From an uncultured Verrucomicrobiota bacterium (lineage in GTDB: Bacteria; Verrucomicrobiota; Verrucomicrobiia; Limisphaerales; UBA8199): DNA of 32,000 nt. Location of the stretch: the NCBI GenBank assembly GCA_942493075.1, contig OW818681.1:4156964-4188963 (forward strand), read 5' to 3'. Below the pieces are notes generated by a model, which saw only the letters and a list, made by a program, of their open reading frames with translations, was not told the origin of the DNA and ran no database searches. Both the position numbers and the translations under genes were made by a program. Positions 1 to 10,074 of the stretch are shown one piece after another (position 1 is the stretch's first letter; every line of letters starts with the position of its first letter).

Positions 1-96
1 TAACTCTCGGCCCTGATGACCTGCTCAAGCACCACGCGTGTGATTGCCTCGTAGATTTCACCTATGGCTGCTCCTGCCAGAGGTTGTGAATGTTGG

Positions 97-3000
97 TTAG
101 GTCTGCTCGGGTGGTTGCATTCGGCGGGTGTCGGGCTCCTGGGCCTGTTGCCAACCGTCGTCGTAAAAAAACTGGTCCACTTTGCCCGCCGGATTTTGGA
201 TGCAATGGATTTTGAAATCCGCAGTCTCGGCGTGCTCCACGATGTAAAGCCAGTAGAGGTCGCCCAGTTCCTGAGCTTTCAGAAACTCGGTGCGAGTGAG
301 ACCGACCCCGGTGTCGGTCCAAATATCAGAGAGGGACTTGACCTCGATGTAGCGCAAGATGCCCCCCGTGGCGGGGTCGCGACTTTCGATGTCGTATCCC
401 GGATGGGTGTGTGGCATTTCGTGGGGTTCGCACTGCAAGCTCTTCTCGAACTCGAGGACTCGCTGGATACCTGCATTGTTGATGGCCTGCCGACGCTGCT
501 GCAACTCAGGATCGGGGTCCTCGTCTGAGGGGGTGGGATCTTTGACTACGTAACTGCGCAGTTTTCCGCGGCGTGGTTGGCGAGGTTGCTGCCTCCCTGG
601 ACATTCCCCTGCCCCTCCCTCGCCATTACCATGCCGGGGTGAGGTTCCTGTCATCGTGAGAGTTGAACCGCCATGAACACCCGTGCCGTTCCGCCCCCCT
701 CCATTGTCCTTCTGAGGCGAAGGCGAACTGGTAGGTGGATTCAAGGGGGACTGGATTGACACTGAGGGCTGGGCGGGGGGAGGACTGTCAGGTGCACCGG
801 CCGGCTGTGGGTTGGTTACAGAAAAATCCTGGGCGGATTGATCACCGATGGTCCTTATGGCCTGCCCGGCCGGAGCCGACTCCGCAGGCGGAGACTCCAG
901 GTTTGGGAAACCAAGTGCGTCGAGCATGGCGGCGGCTTCAGCCAACGACTCGGCGGCCAAGACGTCTCTTAAGCCGGGAGCCAAGCGACCGGGTTCCTCG
1001 TCGGGGTAGAGAGCGAGAGCCAATTCCCGGGCGATCTGTGCCCACGGAATGCTATCGTCATGTGAAACGAAGAGAAGCAGGTTTCCGTCCGACCGAAATA
1101 GGGCCGGACAATCCTCGGGAGTTGAAGCGAGTTTACTGCCGAATGCATCCAACTCATAGGAAATGCGGAGGGTCACGACAGACTCGAAACGGATCGACTT
1201 GAGCTTCGCCAGTTTATCTGCGGGATTGGAATGCGCGAGTTGAGCATCAAGCACGCGTGCGAGCTGAAGAGAACGTTCCTCAATGCGTGCAACCAGTTCC
1301 AGGTTGGGGGTGGGGTACGAGCATTCGAGGAGTAGAATGTTGACAGTTCCGGCGAGAGTTCGAACCCCGGCGGCGGTCATGGCTTTGGCCGTGCCTAGCA
1401 AGCGCGGGATCGCATTCGATTTGAGAAAACCCTGGAACTTTGATGCCAAACCAGCACGGTCCTCAAAAAACAGCCACGTGGGAGGAGCCAGGACATGAGT
1501 GCTATTGGGGATGCATTTGACTTCAGCCAGGGAAGCAAGGTCGGAGGTGGTGCACTGACCATGTTCGAGAGTTGACTCAAGCATAGCCCAGCAAGCGAGG
1601 CATACGGCACGTGCCTCGTCATCCAGTTGCCGGTTTTTGGAACCGAACTCGTCGGCCAACCCGGCTAGGACGCGAAAAGCATCTTTGTGGGTGGGAGTCT
1701 CTCGGACGCCAATTGCATTAAAAAGGTCATTGAACTTGCGGAGTTCAGGCCCAAGTTGATGGCGGAAGCGGCCAAAGGGATGGGCAGTCCAAAAGACGGA
1801 AGCAGGCCTAACGTAATGGCCATCGGGCAAGCGAAGGCATGGTTGTCCTCTCAGGCGCAGGATGTCGGAATCGTCCGCGTTGTTGTTGAGGAAGTTGTAA
1901 ACCTCCTGGTTTACAGTGTTGCCGGATGAGGCGCAGTGAAGAAGATGATCCACGACTAAAGCCAAGGGAGGCGTGGACTTCAGGCCAAGAGCGCTAAACA
2001 AAGCCGAGGCAGTATTTTGAACAGAGCGATCAACATCCAGGAACTGAGCCTGCGAACTGAAGAGATAATCCTGAAATGTGGCATAAAGCTCAGAGGGGCT
2101 GAACCACTGAGTGGCGTTGCCTCGAGCAGGGAGCCACGCTAAGGACTTGAGAGGGGACAAGGCGTCGGTTCCGGTAGAAGTTGTCTGCAGGCGTGCAGCA
2201 AGGTGGGCAAAGATGGTACGTATGGCAGTGGCTGTGCTGTCACTTGGGGGAGATTGAACTATTTCCTGAACATGGGTGACGATGTTCTCGAAACGAGGGC
2301 TTTCCACGATGCCCAACCAAGAGAATAACTCGTTGGTAACAGTGGCATGCTCCGTCGGCACAAGGGCCTGCGGAACGTGATTCCCAAGGACCTCGACAAT
2401 AATTGCACTTGGGAAGTAGACTTCAGCGGGGCGGCGGAACTGGCCGTCGGCACACTCGATTAGGGGCAACTGAGCCAAGGCAGAACGGATCTCCGGGTCC
2501 TCAGCAATCTGGCTCCGATTTGTAGCGAGAAGCAATGTGGCTGCTCTAAGTTTATCTGCCGCCAAGTCGTCCTGCCTCAAAGCAGGGATCAGGTGCCGTG
2601 ACACGTAGACTGAGAAGGATAAATCCTGAATCCCCAGTTCACGGAGGAAATCATGATGTGAAGATAAGGCCTTAACATCCAAAATGGCGGCGAGTTGAAG
2701 GGGATCAGCAAAATCCCCGGGCAGTGAGAGTTTTGTCAGGGGATTGTAACCGCCGGCGCTTGGAAAAACGGGGAGGTCGGCGAGTCCTGTGATCAGTGTT
2801 TTATTATCGAGAATTTCCGTCCGGCGATCCACAAACCAGGCGATGAGTTTAGGCACTGTGATGCGGCCTTCCTTTACTGCCAAAGCAAAACCTTCTGCTC
2901 CGAGGTTGTGAATTACACCGATGGCCTCCGAAGAGCCAAAACGAGGACAAAGGGATACAAAAAGATCGAAAGTGGTCGTTTCTGTCGAGGCGAAAAGCAG

Positions 3001-4692
3001 TGTTGAGCCCAAATCCAGGAACATCGTTTCGGTGGCCTTATCGGAAGTGCGGTAAACCAAATTGCACGGACACAGACTGCCGTCGCGACTGACAGCAAGG
3101 GAGAGGTTAGCCAGAGAGTTGACGACGGTAACGGCCAGATGATGTTGATGCGGGCCGAAGGAGCGGCGACCCAGCAGGAGATTGATTTCATCCCAGAGAG
3201 CACGGATAGCGCCAGGAGTTTGCAACCATGAGGGCCATTCGCCTTTGGAAAAAGTCCTGGTGAGTCCGGCGAACTGTAACTGCCTAATCAGGACGTCAAT
3301 AGTCAGTTGGCGCACGCCAACTTCTTTGGATATGAGGAGGTTCTGATGGGGACGCAGATCCTCGTGGACACAGTTAATGCCGATTGACTGCAAAACGGGC
3401 AAGGCGTTTTTTTCCTCCGACTGCTGAAGGTAGTAAACCTCAGCAGGACTGCACCACTGGTTCAAATGATTGAAGACGAGAGGCTGGGTGCCAAGCGAGG
3501 GGGCGAGTTTAGTCCAGAATTGCTTGAACATCTTCTCGGCGCGACCGGCATCCGCCTCCTGCGCGACCTGAAAGATGCGTGAGAGGAGAGACCAGACCCT
3601 CTGGTGGCCGAGGGTGTCGCGCAGTTGGTAAAACGAGGAGGCGAAGGCGTCAGCGGCGGCGGCCAGAGCTGCTTTGTTCCACTGGGATTGGTAATCCTGC
3701 TCGAAGATAATGCGTTTGCGATCTTCAGAGGGGTAGAAGTCGGCATTGATGTGAAAAGGCAGACCGGTTCTTTGCTGGGTAGGCAACGTGGCGCAAAGCA
3801 GGCCGGATTGTAGTTCGCCGGCCGGAATGGCGATGAGAATGCCGGAGGAACGCTTAGGCTCGATCCGAGTTGGATGCTGAGTACGAATTTCATCTGCTCG
3901 TGCTGCGAAGCCACCCCGGAGCAGATGCCAGATGACGTCGGGGGAACCGTCCCCCAGGCTCAAAACAAGTGTATTTCCTTGCTTCACCCGTTCCAGATGG
4001 CGAATTAGATTGCCGTTCCTCTTGATGTGGACAGTGTCGATACTCTTCAGGAAGAGCATCGCAGTGGAAAGGGCCGTCTCCAACTCGGCCAAGAGGGCGA
4101 CCGGCGTGTCTCGGGTGACGGGTTCGGCGCGGAGGCCCTGGCGCATGGAAGAATGGGCGTCGAGGGCCCAGGGCAGGTAGAAGCGTGTGCCGGGCAAGTC
4201 CACGGGTAGGCAGCGTGAACAACCGCCACACTGTGCGATGCGTTTGTCGGGCGCTGCAGTCTCGTCGATGATCCAATGACGGCCAGACGAGATAAGTTCC
4301 GGGCGGTCTGTAATCTGGTAAACGGAGATGAAGCCGATGCCGAAGGCACCCGTGGTGTTGGCTTCGTGGCGTTTGTCTGCGCCCGCAACAATCCTGAAGC
4401 GATGGAAATCGCAACGGTGGGAACCGTGTGACGGTTCATTTCTCCAGTGGCATTCTTGTTCCTCGGGCTTAAGGCAGTCACTGAACTGGCCATTGTTTTC
4501 GACGATCAAAGCGTCGCCGCAAATGTTGAAGGTGAAGTGGGTGACGCCCGCGACGTCATCGGCATTCTGGAGCAACTCGTGAGCAAGAGTCGCGAAACCC
4601 TTTAGGTTGCGGAGCTTGGCGCCGAGGTCCTCGAGGTAATCGAGTTCGCGGCCAAAGTGAATGAGAGGTGCTGGAGCAGGTGGGTCAGGCAT
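97..4692 (-). CDS. Sacsin-like GHKL/HSP90-type ATPase-domain protein with C-terminal DUF3883 (NO VEIN C-terminal-like) domain, 1531 aa
   Basis: N-terminus reads FATLAHELLQNADDVAGVTHFTF...LIVENNGQFS...TTGAFGIGFISVYQITDRPEL, a GHKL ATPase N-box/G-box pattern typical of sacsin-like proteins. C-terminus reads HPGYDIESRDPATGGILRYIEVKSL..TRTEFLKAQELGDLYWLYIVE, DUF3883-like. Stop TAA at 97-99, ATG at 4692, 2 bp after the upstream gene's stop. Confidence 0.85.
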   Translation of the reverse strand: MPDPPAPAPLIHFGRELDYLEDLGAKLRNLKGFATLAHELLQNADDVAGVTHFTFNICGDALIVENNGQFSDCLKPEEQECHWRNEPSHGSHRCDFHRFRIVAGADKRHEANTTGAFGIGFISVYQITDRPELISSGRHWIIDETAAPDKRIAQCGGCSRCLPVDLPGTRFYLPWALDAHSSMRQGLRAEPVTRDTPVALLAELETALSTAMLFLKSIDTVHIKRNGNLIRHLERVKQGNTLVLSLGDGSPDVIWHLLRGGFAARADEIRTQHPTRIEPKRSSGILIAIPAGELQSGLLCATLPTQQRTGLPFHINADFYPSEDRKRIIFEQDYQSQWNKAALAAAADAFASSFYQLRDTLGHQRVWSLLSRIFQVAQEADAGRAEKMFKQFWTKLAPSLGTQPLVFNHLNQWCSPAEVYYLQQSEEKNALPVLQSIGINCVHEDLRPHQNLLISKEVGVRQLTIDVLIRQLQFAGLTRTFSKGEWPSWLQTPGAIRALWDEINLLLGRRSFGPHQHHLAVTVVNSLANLSLAVSRDGSLCPCNLVYRTSDKATETMFLDLGSTLLFASTETTTFDLFVSLCPRFGSSEAIGVIHNLGAEGFALAVKEGRITVPKLIAWFVDRRTEILDNKTLITGLADLPVFPSAGGYNPLTKLSLPGDFADPLQLAAILDVKALSSHHDFLRELGIQDLSFSVYVSRHLIPALRQDDLAADKLRAATLLLATNRSQIAEDPEIRSALAQLPLIECADGQFRRPAEVYFPSAIIVEVLGNHVPQALVPTEHATVTNELFSWLGIVESPRFENIVTHVQEIVQSPPSDSTATAIRTIFAHLAARLQTTSTGTDALSPLKSLAWLPARGNATQWFSPSELYATFQDYLFSSQAQFLDVDRSVQNTASALFSALGLKSTPPLALVVDHLLHCASSGNTVNQEVYNFLNNNADDSDILRLRGQPCLRLPDGHYVRPASVFWTAHPFGRFRHQLGPELRKFNDLFNAIGVRETPTHKDAFRVLAGLADEFGSKNRQLDDEARAVCLACWAMLESTLEHGQCTTSDLASLAEVKCIPNSTHVLAPPTWLFFEDRAGLASKFQGFLKSNAIPRLLGTAKAMTAAGVRTLAGTVNILLLECSYPTPNLELVARIEERSLQLARVLDAQLAHSNPADKLAKLKSIRFESVVTLRISYELDAFGSKLASTPEDCPALFRSDGNLLLFVSHDDSIPWAQIARELALALYPDEEPGRLAPGLRDVLAAESLAEAAAMLDALGFPNLESPPAESAPAGQAIRTIGDQSAQDFSVTNPQPAGAPDSPPPAQPSVSIQSPLNPPTSSPSPQKDNGGGRNGTGVHGGSTLTMTGTSPRHGNGEGGAGECPGRQQPRQPRRGKLRSYVVKDPTPSDEDPDPELQQRRQAINNAGIQRVLEFEKSLQCEPHEMPHTHPGYDIESRDPATGGILRYIEVKSLSDIWTDTGVGLTRTEFLKAQELGDLYWLYIVEHAETADFKIHCIQNPAGKVDQFFYDDGWQQAQEPDTRRMQPPEQT

Positions 4693-4694
4693 GG

Positions 4695-5636
4695 CTAGAC
4701 GGGGTCGCGGAGGGGATACTTATTGGGCTGTGAGGGGCAGTTCCAGCGAATGTCACAGATGTCGCAGGTCTTATCGTCTGGCAAACTAGCGCCAGTTGGC
4801 GCGGGCCATGATTGGGTTTGGCAGCAGGTCGCAATGTCTGCCGCCGTGATGTCAAAGGCTGCCAGTGCCTGCTGAACAAGAACGGGGGTGCCGTCAGTTG
4901 CCACACCGGCGCGCATGAAATCCACCACGTGGACCGCCGGCAATGGGCGAGTGGTAATCGGAGGTTGGCCGGGCTTCTGTTTCAGTTCGTTGAGAAAATA
5001 CAAGACTGCCCGGCGGGGGTAGTTACCCGTTTTGACCCGATAGAGTTGAGCGTAGACACTCATCTGCCATTCATAATCCAAGAGGGATGTGGAAGAGAGG
5101 GGTGGTTTGTCCGTGCCCTTGTAATCCCAGATCTCCCTCTCCCCTACGGCATCTGAGGCCAGAACATCGACTACCCCTCGAAGGATATAGGTGCTCCGTT
5201 CTGATTCGAGGCGGTATTCGGTGTCCAGCACACGGGGATACAAGGTCGGGCCTTCGATGTTGTTGAAGGCTTTGAGCACCTCCCTGGCCTGCTCGGCCAC
5301 GCGAGGTGAGGCTGGCCGAACGCCGTGGGCGCGCATGGCGCGATCCACTTCGAAGAAGTAAGCATCAATGTCGGTATCCGTGGGAAACGTTCCAGGGGGA
5401 TGGCCGAACAAACCGCTGAAGTGACGATGACATCGGTCTAGCACCTGATGGATCATCTGGCCGAAGTAGACCTGAACGGCTTGGGCCGGAACGAAGCCAT
5501 CATTTCCGAAGTAGCCGTATTGGCGGCGACACTTGCGGAAAGAGATGATGTCGGATGTGAGACTGAGCCGGGGACGAATCAAGGTGGCAGCGCGGGGGGT
5601 GACGAGTCCCGCAGGAAATAGATTGGCAGCGCTCAT
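4695..5636 (-). CDS. PD-(D/E)XK nuclease-family protein (RecB/AddB/Cas4-like) with probable Fe-S cysteine cluster
   Basis: The 328-aa ORF extends to 5681, but an ATG at 5636 overlaps the helicase stop (ATGA). Motifs: SFRKCRRQYGYF near the N-terminus, GVVDVLASD..EIWDYKG nuclease core, and C-terminal CDICDIRWNCP, giving C...CxxCx5C as in Cas4/AddB. Confidence 0.85.
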   Translation of the reverse strand: MSAANLFPAGLVTPRAATLIRPRLSLTSDIISFRKCRRQYGYFGNDGFVPAQAVQVYFGQMIHQVLDRCHRHFSGLFGHPPGTFPTDTDIDAYFFEVDRAMRAHGVRPASPRVAEQAREVLKAFNNIEGPTLYPRVLDTEYRLESERSTYILRGVVDVLASDAVGEREIWDYKGTDKPPLSSTSLLDYEWQMSVYAQLYRVKTGNYPRRAVLYFLNELKQKPGQPPITTRPLPAVHVVDFMRAGVATDGTPVLVQQALAAFDITAADIATCCQTQSWPAPTGASLPDDKTCDICDIRWNCPSQPNKYPLRDPV

Positions 5637-7894
5637 AAGACGTTTGTTCTGTGTTTCAGCCAACCCGCGCTGGGGCCGCACGGGATGGCGTCCTTGTTGA
5701 AGTGCGTGGCGGTTCCCAGGAAGATCAAAGCGTATTCCGCACGAGAGTAGGCGACGTAATACTGCCGGACCATATCCATTTGGGCGCGTTCGCCTTCGGG
5801 CCTACGGAGAAAACTTCGGGCCGGATTGGCGGGATATTGAGAGAACAGTGTTTCGAGGCGATGACTCTTGCCGACCTCGGCGCCTTCCCCCATGTGGCCC
5901 ACGAAGACATACGGGAATTCCAATCCTTTGGACTGGTGCATGGTCATGATAGGCACCATGCCCGCCGGGCATATCACTTCATCGTTTTCCTCATCGTTCA
6001 TGCCCACATCCATGATGTAGGTGAGGAAGAGATGGTAGAATGAGTTTAACCAACCGCCGACCACTTCGCCCGGGTAGGTGCTGGAGGCTCGCATGGTACC
6101 GCGAGTGACATTGGGCCGTGCCAAACCAGTAGCCGGATCCAAGACAGGGGTGGAGTTGTAAGCCTCCAAAAGCTTGGTCAGGCGTGCGAAACGAACCCGG
6201 CGCACGGGGTCGTTCTGCCACGTGGAGAACGGTTCACAACTCATTAGGTAATAGGTCAACTCTTGCAGGTTGCAGTCGAAGTATTCACCGGGTTTCGCGA
6301 GGATGGCGGCGCGGCATTGGGCGACATAAGCGGTGAGGGCGGGGTTGGCGGCCGCAAGGGCGTCGTAGGTGGTGCGAAAATCCGCCTCAGCGGCTGGAAT
6401 AGAATTCTTGTTAGCCGGATCCTGGGCGTAACGGCGTTGGGGGTCCACGACTGCCAGAATGGCACCCAGCAAACCCTGAACCTCCTCCTGCTCCATGAAG
6501 GTTTTGTTGCGCGGGTTATAGACGGAGAGCCCCCGTGCTTGCAAAGCGGCAGCAAAGGGGCCGGCATTGCGAGGAGACTCTTTGGTGCTCTTGAGCAGGA
6601 GACAGCACTCGTTGGGATCGTTTACCTTGCCAGTGCTGATCAAGTCAGCGACGGTTTGAGCAAACAGATCGGCGACGTCGCCGAGTTTAGCGCCAACGAG
6701 TCTGCCGATCGCCGGATAGGTTTGAGGAATGAGCTTGCGAGCAACGACCGGAGGTTTGGGCGACCGCGCTCCGGGGGTCAGCATTAATGGGAATGCGGTA
6801 ATGTAGTCGTTGATGAAATCAACGATATCGGTATGGGAGCGGAAGTTATCAACCAGACTGTAGCGCGCAACCGTGGAAGGATTCAGGCCGAGGAACGCCT
6901 GACAGGCTCGATCGAACGTGACCATGCACTCGACCGAGCCGCCCCGGAAGCGATACATGGCCTGGTCATCGTCACCCACAACAACGAGATTATGAGGCGC
7001 GCGACGGGCGAGTTGGAAGTAAATTTCCTCCTGCATGGGGTTGGTATCCTGGTATTCGTCCACGAGGACCCACTGGATGCCCGGGTTGGCAGGGGATCCG
7101 TCGCCGGTGAGAAAGGACTGGCCCAAGGGGGTGCTGAGGAAGCTCAGGAAACGGCCCTGGAGTTGTGAGAAATCGCAACGATAATTGTTAAGCAGGTGCT
7201 TAACATATTCGTCGTAGAGATCGGCCAACCGAGCCAATTGTCCGCCGACCGCCCGCAAGCCCGTGACTGAAACGCGATCTTCAACCATGCGGTTGAGCAG
7301 CACAATCAGGGCACTGGTGGTATTCCAACGGCTGGGGGGGTAAGCCCTCGTAGGTTGCCATTGCAACGGAGTAAACATCCAAGGGAAGGCGCCCCAGAAA
7401 GTGATTTCAGCGGGAGCATTGGGTGCCTTGACCAGACTCATGTGTTCGCGGACAAAGAGCGCCTGCTCGAACTCATCCATGAGGCGGACGTTCTGATAAT
7501 TGGGCGCGCGGAATTCCTGCAGGAGATCGTTGGCCAATCCATGCAAAGTGCCGACGCGCAATTTGGAAACGTCGATCACCACCAAAGAGGGATCGGCAGC
7601 CACCAGCCGAGCGCGGTAGTTAAGAATGCGGTCTTCGAGATTCTTAGCAGCCTTTTCTGTGAAGGTAGTGACAAAAACAGATTCCGGCGGGACGCGTTGG
7701 GCTTGCAGAGGATCGCCACTGACGTAGAGGAGGCGAAGGACCATGACGGTAAGGACTTCGGTCTTGCCTGAACCCGGGCCGGCGAGGACCCAGGCCGGGC
7801 CTTGCGGATGGCGGACAATGGCCTCCTGCTGGGGCGTGAGTTGTTTGGTTGCACCAGGCGGGTAGAGAATGGCGAGGAGTTCGGTGATGGTCAT
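5633..7894 (-). CDS. UvrD/Rep-like superfamily 1 DNA helicase, 753 aa
   Basis: LTPQQEAIVRHPQGPAWVLAGPGSGKTEVLT (Walker A), WVLVDEYQDTNPMQ (Walker B), VVGDDDQAMYRFRGG, TMHQSKGLEFPYVFV. Confidence 0.95.
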   Translation of the reverse strand: MTITELLAILYPPGATKQLTPQQEAIVRHPQGPAWVLAGPGSGKTEVLTVMVLRLLYVSGDPLQAQRVPPESVFVTTFTEKAAKNLEDRILNYRARLVAADPSLVVIDVSKLRVGTLHGLANDLLQEFRAPNYQNVRLMDEFEQALFVREHMSLVKAPNAPAEITFWGAFPWMFTPLQWQPTRAYPPSRWNTTSALIVLLNRMVEDRVSVTGLRAVGGQLARLADLYDEYVKHLLNNYRCDFSQLQGRFLSFLSTPLGQSFLTGDGSPANPGIQWVLVDEYQDTNPMQEEIYFQLARRAPHNLVVVGDDDQAMYRFRGGSVECMVTFDRACQAFLGLNPSTVARYSLVDNFRSHTDIVDFINDYITAFPLMLTPGARSPKPPVVARKLIPQTYPAIGRLVGAKLGDVADLFAQTVADLISTGKVNDPNECCLLLKSTKESPRNAGPFAAALQARGLSVYNPRNKTFMEQEEVQGLLGAILAVVDPQRRYAQDPANKNSIPAAEADFRTTYDALAAANPALTAYVAQCRAAILAKPGEYFDCNLQELTYYLMSCEPFSTWQNDPVRRVRFARLTKLLEAYNSTPVLDPATGLARPNVTRGTMRASSTYPGEVVGGWLNSFYHLFLTYIMDVGMNDEENDEVICPAGMVPIMTMHQSKGLEFPYVFVGHMGEGAEVGKSHRLETLFSQYPANPARSFLRRPEGERAQMDMVRQYYVAYSRAEYALIFLGTATHFNKDAIPCGPSAGWLKHRTNVL

Positions 7895-8097
7895 GGCAGC
7901 AAATCCTTTGTAGGGACCTTGAGGGCCTTGGCGATTTTGGTGAGGGTAGAGAGGCGGACATCCACATCGCCGCGCTCGATGCGGCCGATGGTGCGGACGG
8001 GAAGAGCGGCGGCCTTGGCGAGGTCGCGCTGCAGCCAGGCGCTGCCCTCACGTCGTTGTTTAATGGATTGGCCGACTTGTTGGGCGAGGGGTTTCAT
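7891..8097 (-). CDS. XRE-family HTH transcriptional regulator, 68 aa
   Basis: GQSIKQRREGSAWLQRDLAKAAALPVRTIGRIERGDVDVRLSTLTKIAKALKVPTKDLL is a classic Cro/C1 HTH. Its TGA overlaps the helicase ATG (ATGA). Confidence 0.9.
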   Translation of the reverse strand: MKPLAQQVGQSIKQRREGSAWLQRDLAKAAALPVRTIGRIERGDVDVRLSTLTKIAKALKVPTKDLLP

Positions 8098-8184
8098 AGA
8101 AAAAGCAAAAACCCGAGGGACATTTGTGTCCTTCGGGTGGGTGGTTGAGATTTATTATTTAGCGGAGGTAGTAATCTGGGCGCG

Positions 8185-10050
8185 TCAAGCTCCATTCGTG
8201 CGTGTGATGAGCCCAAGGTTAGCAAGCGATTGTGTCACAGTCGCCAGCGTGCATACCTCGAAACCAGCTAGTTGGAATGCTTGCTTTTCCTCGGGGCCGT
8301 AACCTCCTTCTAAGACGGCGATGCCTTGCTTCACTTGATTGGATTTGAGTCCATCTGCCGATAGGCGGTAGCGGGCCATGGAAAGGTGTGCGCAAAACTC
8401 CCGCGTCTTATGTCCACAATCGGCTGGCGCCTTCATGCCTGATATGAAAACAGGGATTAATTGGTCCGCCCTGCGGACGCAAAGGCTTACGCGCCAGTTT
8501 CCGGCCTGGTCGCTTTGCGAGCAGTCCGTCACGAGTGTCGGTATTTCCTCGTCCTCTAGAACCGATACGCCATCTGCCCAGCGGCACTTCTTGAAGATAG
8601 CGCGCACTAGTTCTTCTAAGGGATTTATTGCCGATTGTGGGCCAATAATCCTGTGCGTCTTGCGGAGGAGGTAGCTCGTCCTCAGGTTCTGGGTGTCGAG
8701 GTCTTTAGGAATCAGACGGGCGATTGCGCGCAGCAGTAGGGCATATCGTGGCGCACCCTTTATGGGGCGTCTGTTGCTGTAGATCCCACGAATGTCATTG
8801 CGCGTTGCTTTTAGGGTGGCGTCTGAATTGTTGATCGCGGTTACGAGAGGGTAGGTGCCTAGGCCAGTCGCTTCGATTAACATCTCCGCAAACTGATTGT
8901 ACTCGTATGACGGTGTTACGGATGTGTACTGTGCCCAGAGTGCCTTAGCAGAAGCTTGGCGCAGCTTTGTGATGTCCTTTACGGAAGGTGCGCTTTTGAT
9001 TGCTTCCAGTGCCTCTAGGACTTGGGCCGAAGCGGCGAAAAGTGTGCGGGTGCGATCAAGGGCTTCCGAGAGAGCCTCGTGGTTGACCCCCAGGGTGTTT
9101 GCCTTCCGGGCAGCGAGGAAGAGTTCGAGGTCCTCTGAGGGGTGGGCAACAGTTTCGCCTGCCATGCCCTCCTCTATATGCTTGATGAGAAAGGCAAATT
9201 GCCCGTTTCTGTCCTCAATAGGAAGGCGGTGCAGAGCCTTTAGTACCTTGAGGTGGTTTGGGTCTTTAACTTCTATGGTCCATGCTTCTAAGGTCCTAAC
9301 AATCGCGTCGCATGAACCGAGTTCTGGGAACAGGAGACTTACGAGCGCGATTTGGAGCATCGCATTACGCAAACGCTCAAAGTTGTTCGACAAGTGAGTA
9401 TGGAGTTGAATTTTTGAGCAGAAGAGTCTCTCCGACGTCCAAAGGTCGAGTTTAGCATTTTTCGGGAAGGCCGTCGGAGTTAGTGGTGTGCGGATCGAGG
9501 CACGCAGTGGGGCGAGCGAGCCAAGATCGGTTTTGATGCTACGGAGCGCTGCGTGAATCTTATCTGTGCCGGTTACGCGTAGCGACTCGGCCCTGGATAG
9601 GTCTGCTTGTAGTTTCTGGTGGTTGAATAGAACGCATTCGTCGAACAGTTCGCGAAAGGAACGAAGAAAGTCGGGGTACCAACCGGCAGCGCGGTATTCG
9701 TTGCCTGAGAATTCTGCCTCAAATACTACGCATGTGCTCGTTGATTTTGGAATATAGCGTTTGAGGTCACACAGTTCTGAAACGGTTCTCCAAAATTTCG
9801 CGTGACTGGTCTCTTTGCTGTCCCAGTAGCAGACATGAAGGAAGTTCGAAGACGTTGTGTCGACAAGGAAGTCCGGGATAGTATAGATAAGCCGCTTATA
9901 CTGGTGGGGCTTGTGGCAGATTGTCGCGTGCTTGCAGAGGGATTGGCAGTTATGGCGCTCGCGATTGGGCTCGTACTCAATATTTCTGGTGTAAATGCCC
10001 TCGAGCGCCAACCACGTCAGCGCTTCGTAAAAATCAGCTCTGAAGCTCAT
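8185..10050 (-). CDS. Uncharacterised 621-aa protein; N-terminal Cys-rich stretch and possible restriction-endonuclease-like motif
   Basis: Long intact ORF. N-terminus has CQSLCKHATIC then IPDFLV..(x)..FLHVCYWDSKETSHAKFWRTVSELCDLKR, loosely like the PD..x..D/E-x-K arrangement of some REase-fold enzymes. No confident family. Confidence 0.7.
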   Translation of the reverse strand: MSFRADFYEALTWLALEGIYTRNIEYEPNRERHNCQSLCKHATICHKPHQYKRLIYTIPDFLVDTTSSNFLHVCYWDSKETSHAKFWRTVSELCDLKRYIPKSTSTCVVFEAEFSGNEYRAAGWYPDFLRSFRELFDECVLFNHQKLQADLSRAESLRVTGTDKIHAALRSIKTDLGSLAPLRASIRTPLTPTAFPKNAKLDLWTSERLFCSKIQLHTHLSNNFERLRNAMLQIALVSLLFPELGSCDAIVRTLEAWTIEVKDPNHLKVLKALHRLPIEDRNGQFAFLIKHIEEGMAGETVAHPSEDLELFLAARKANTLGVNHEALSEALDRTRTLFAASAQVLEALEAIKSAPSVKDITKLRQASAKALWAQYTSVTPSYEYNQFAEMLIEATGLGTYPLVTAINNSDATLKATRNDIRGIYSNRRPIKGAPRYALLLRAIARLIPKDLDTQNLRTSYLLRKTHRIIGPQSAINPLEELVRAIFKKCRWADGVSVLEDEEIPTLVTDCSQSDQAGNWRVSLCVRRADQLIPVFISGMKAPADCGHKTREFCAHLSMARYRLSADGLKSNQVKQGIAVLEGGYGPEEKQAFQLAGFEVCTLATVTQSLANLGLITRTNGA

Positions 10051-10074
10051 ATTTCATATCGTGTAAGCAACCAT

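Noticed and set aside
1-96. Possible start of another minus-strand gene (frame reading ...GEIYEAITRVVLEQVIRAES off the window edge)
   Set aside because: It is too short and truncated, with no ATG start and no way to establish a product.
735-2453. Several opposite-strand or alternative-frame ORFs overlapping the 1531-aa gene (e.g. 735-1202 +, 1687-1929 +, 2259-2453 -)
   Set aside because: They are shadow ORFs inside a long gene with strong family motifs, are low-complexity or Arg-rich, and show no recognisable domain.
6263-6787. 174-aa plus-strand ORF antisense to the UvrD-like helicase
   Set aside because: It lies wholly antisense to conserved helicase coding sequence. High-GC genes commonly generate such ORFs, and no motif was seen.
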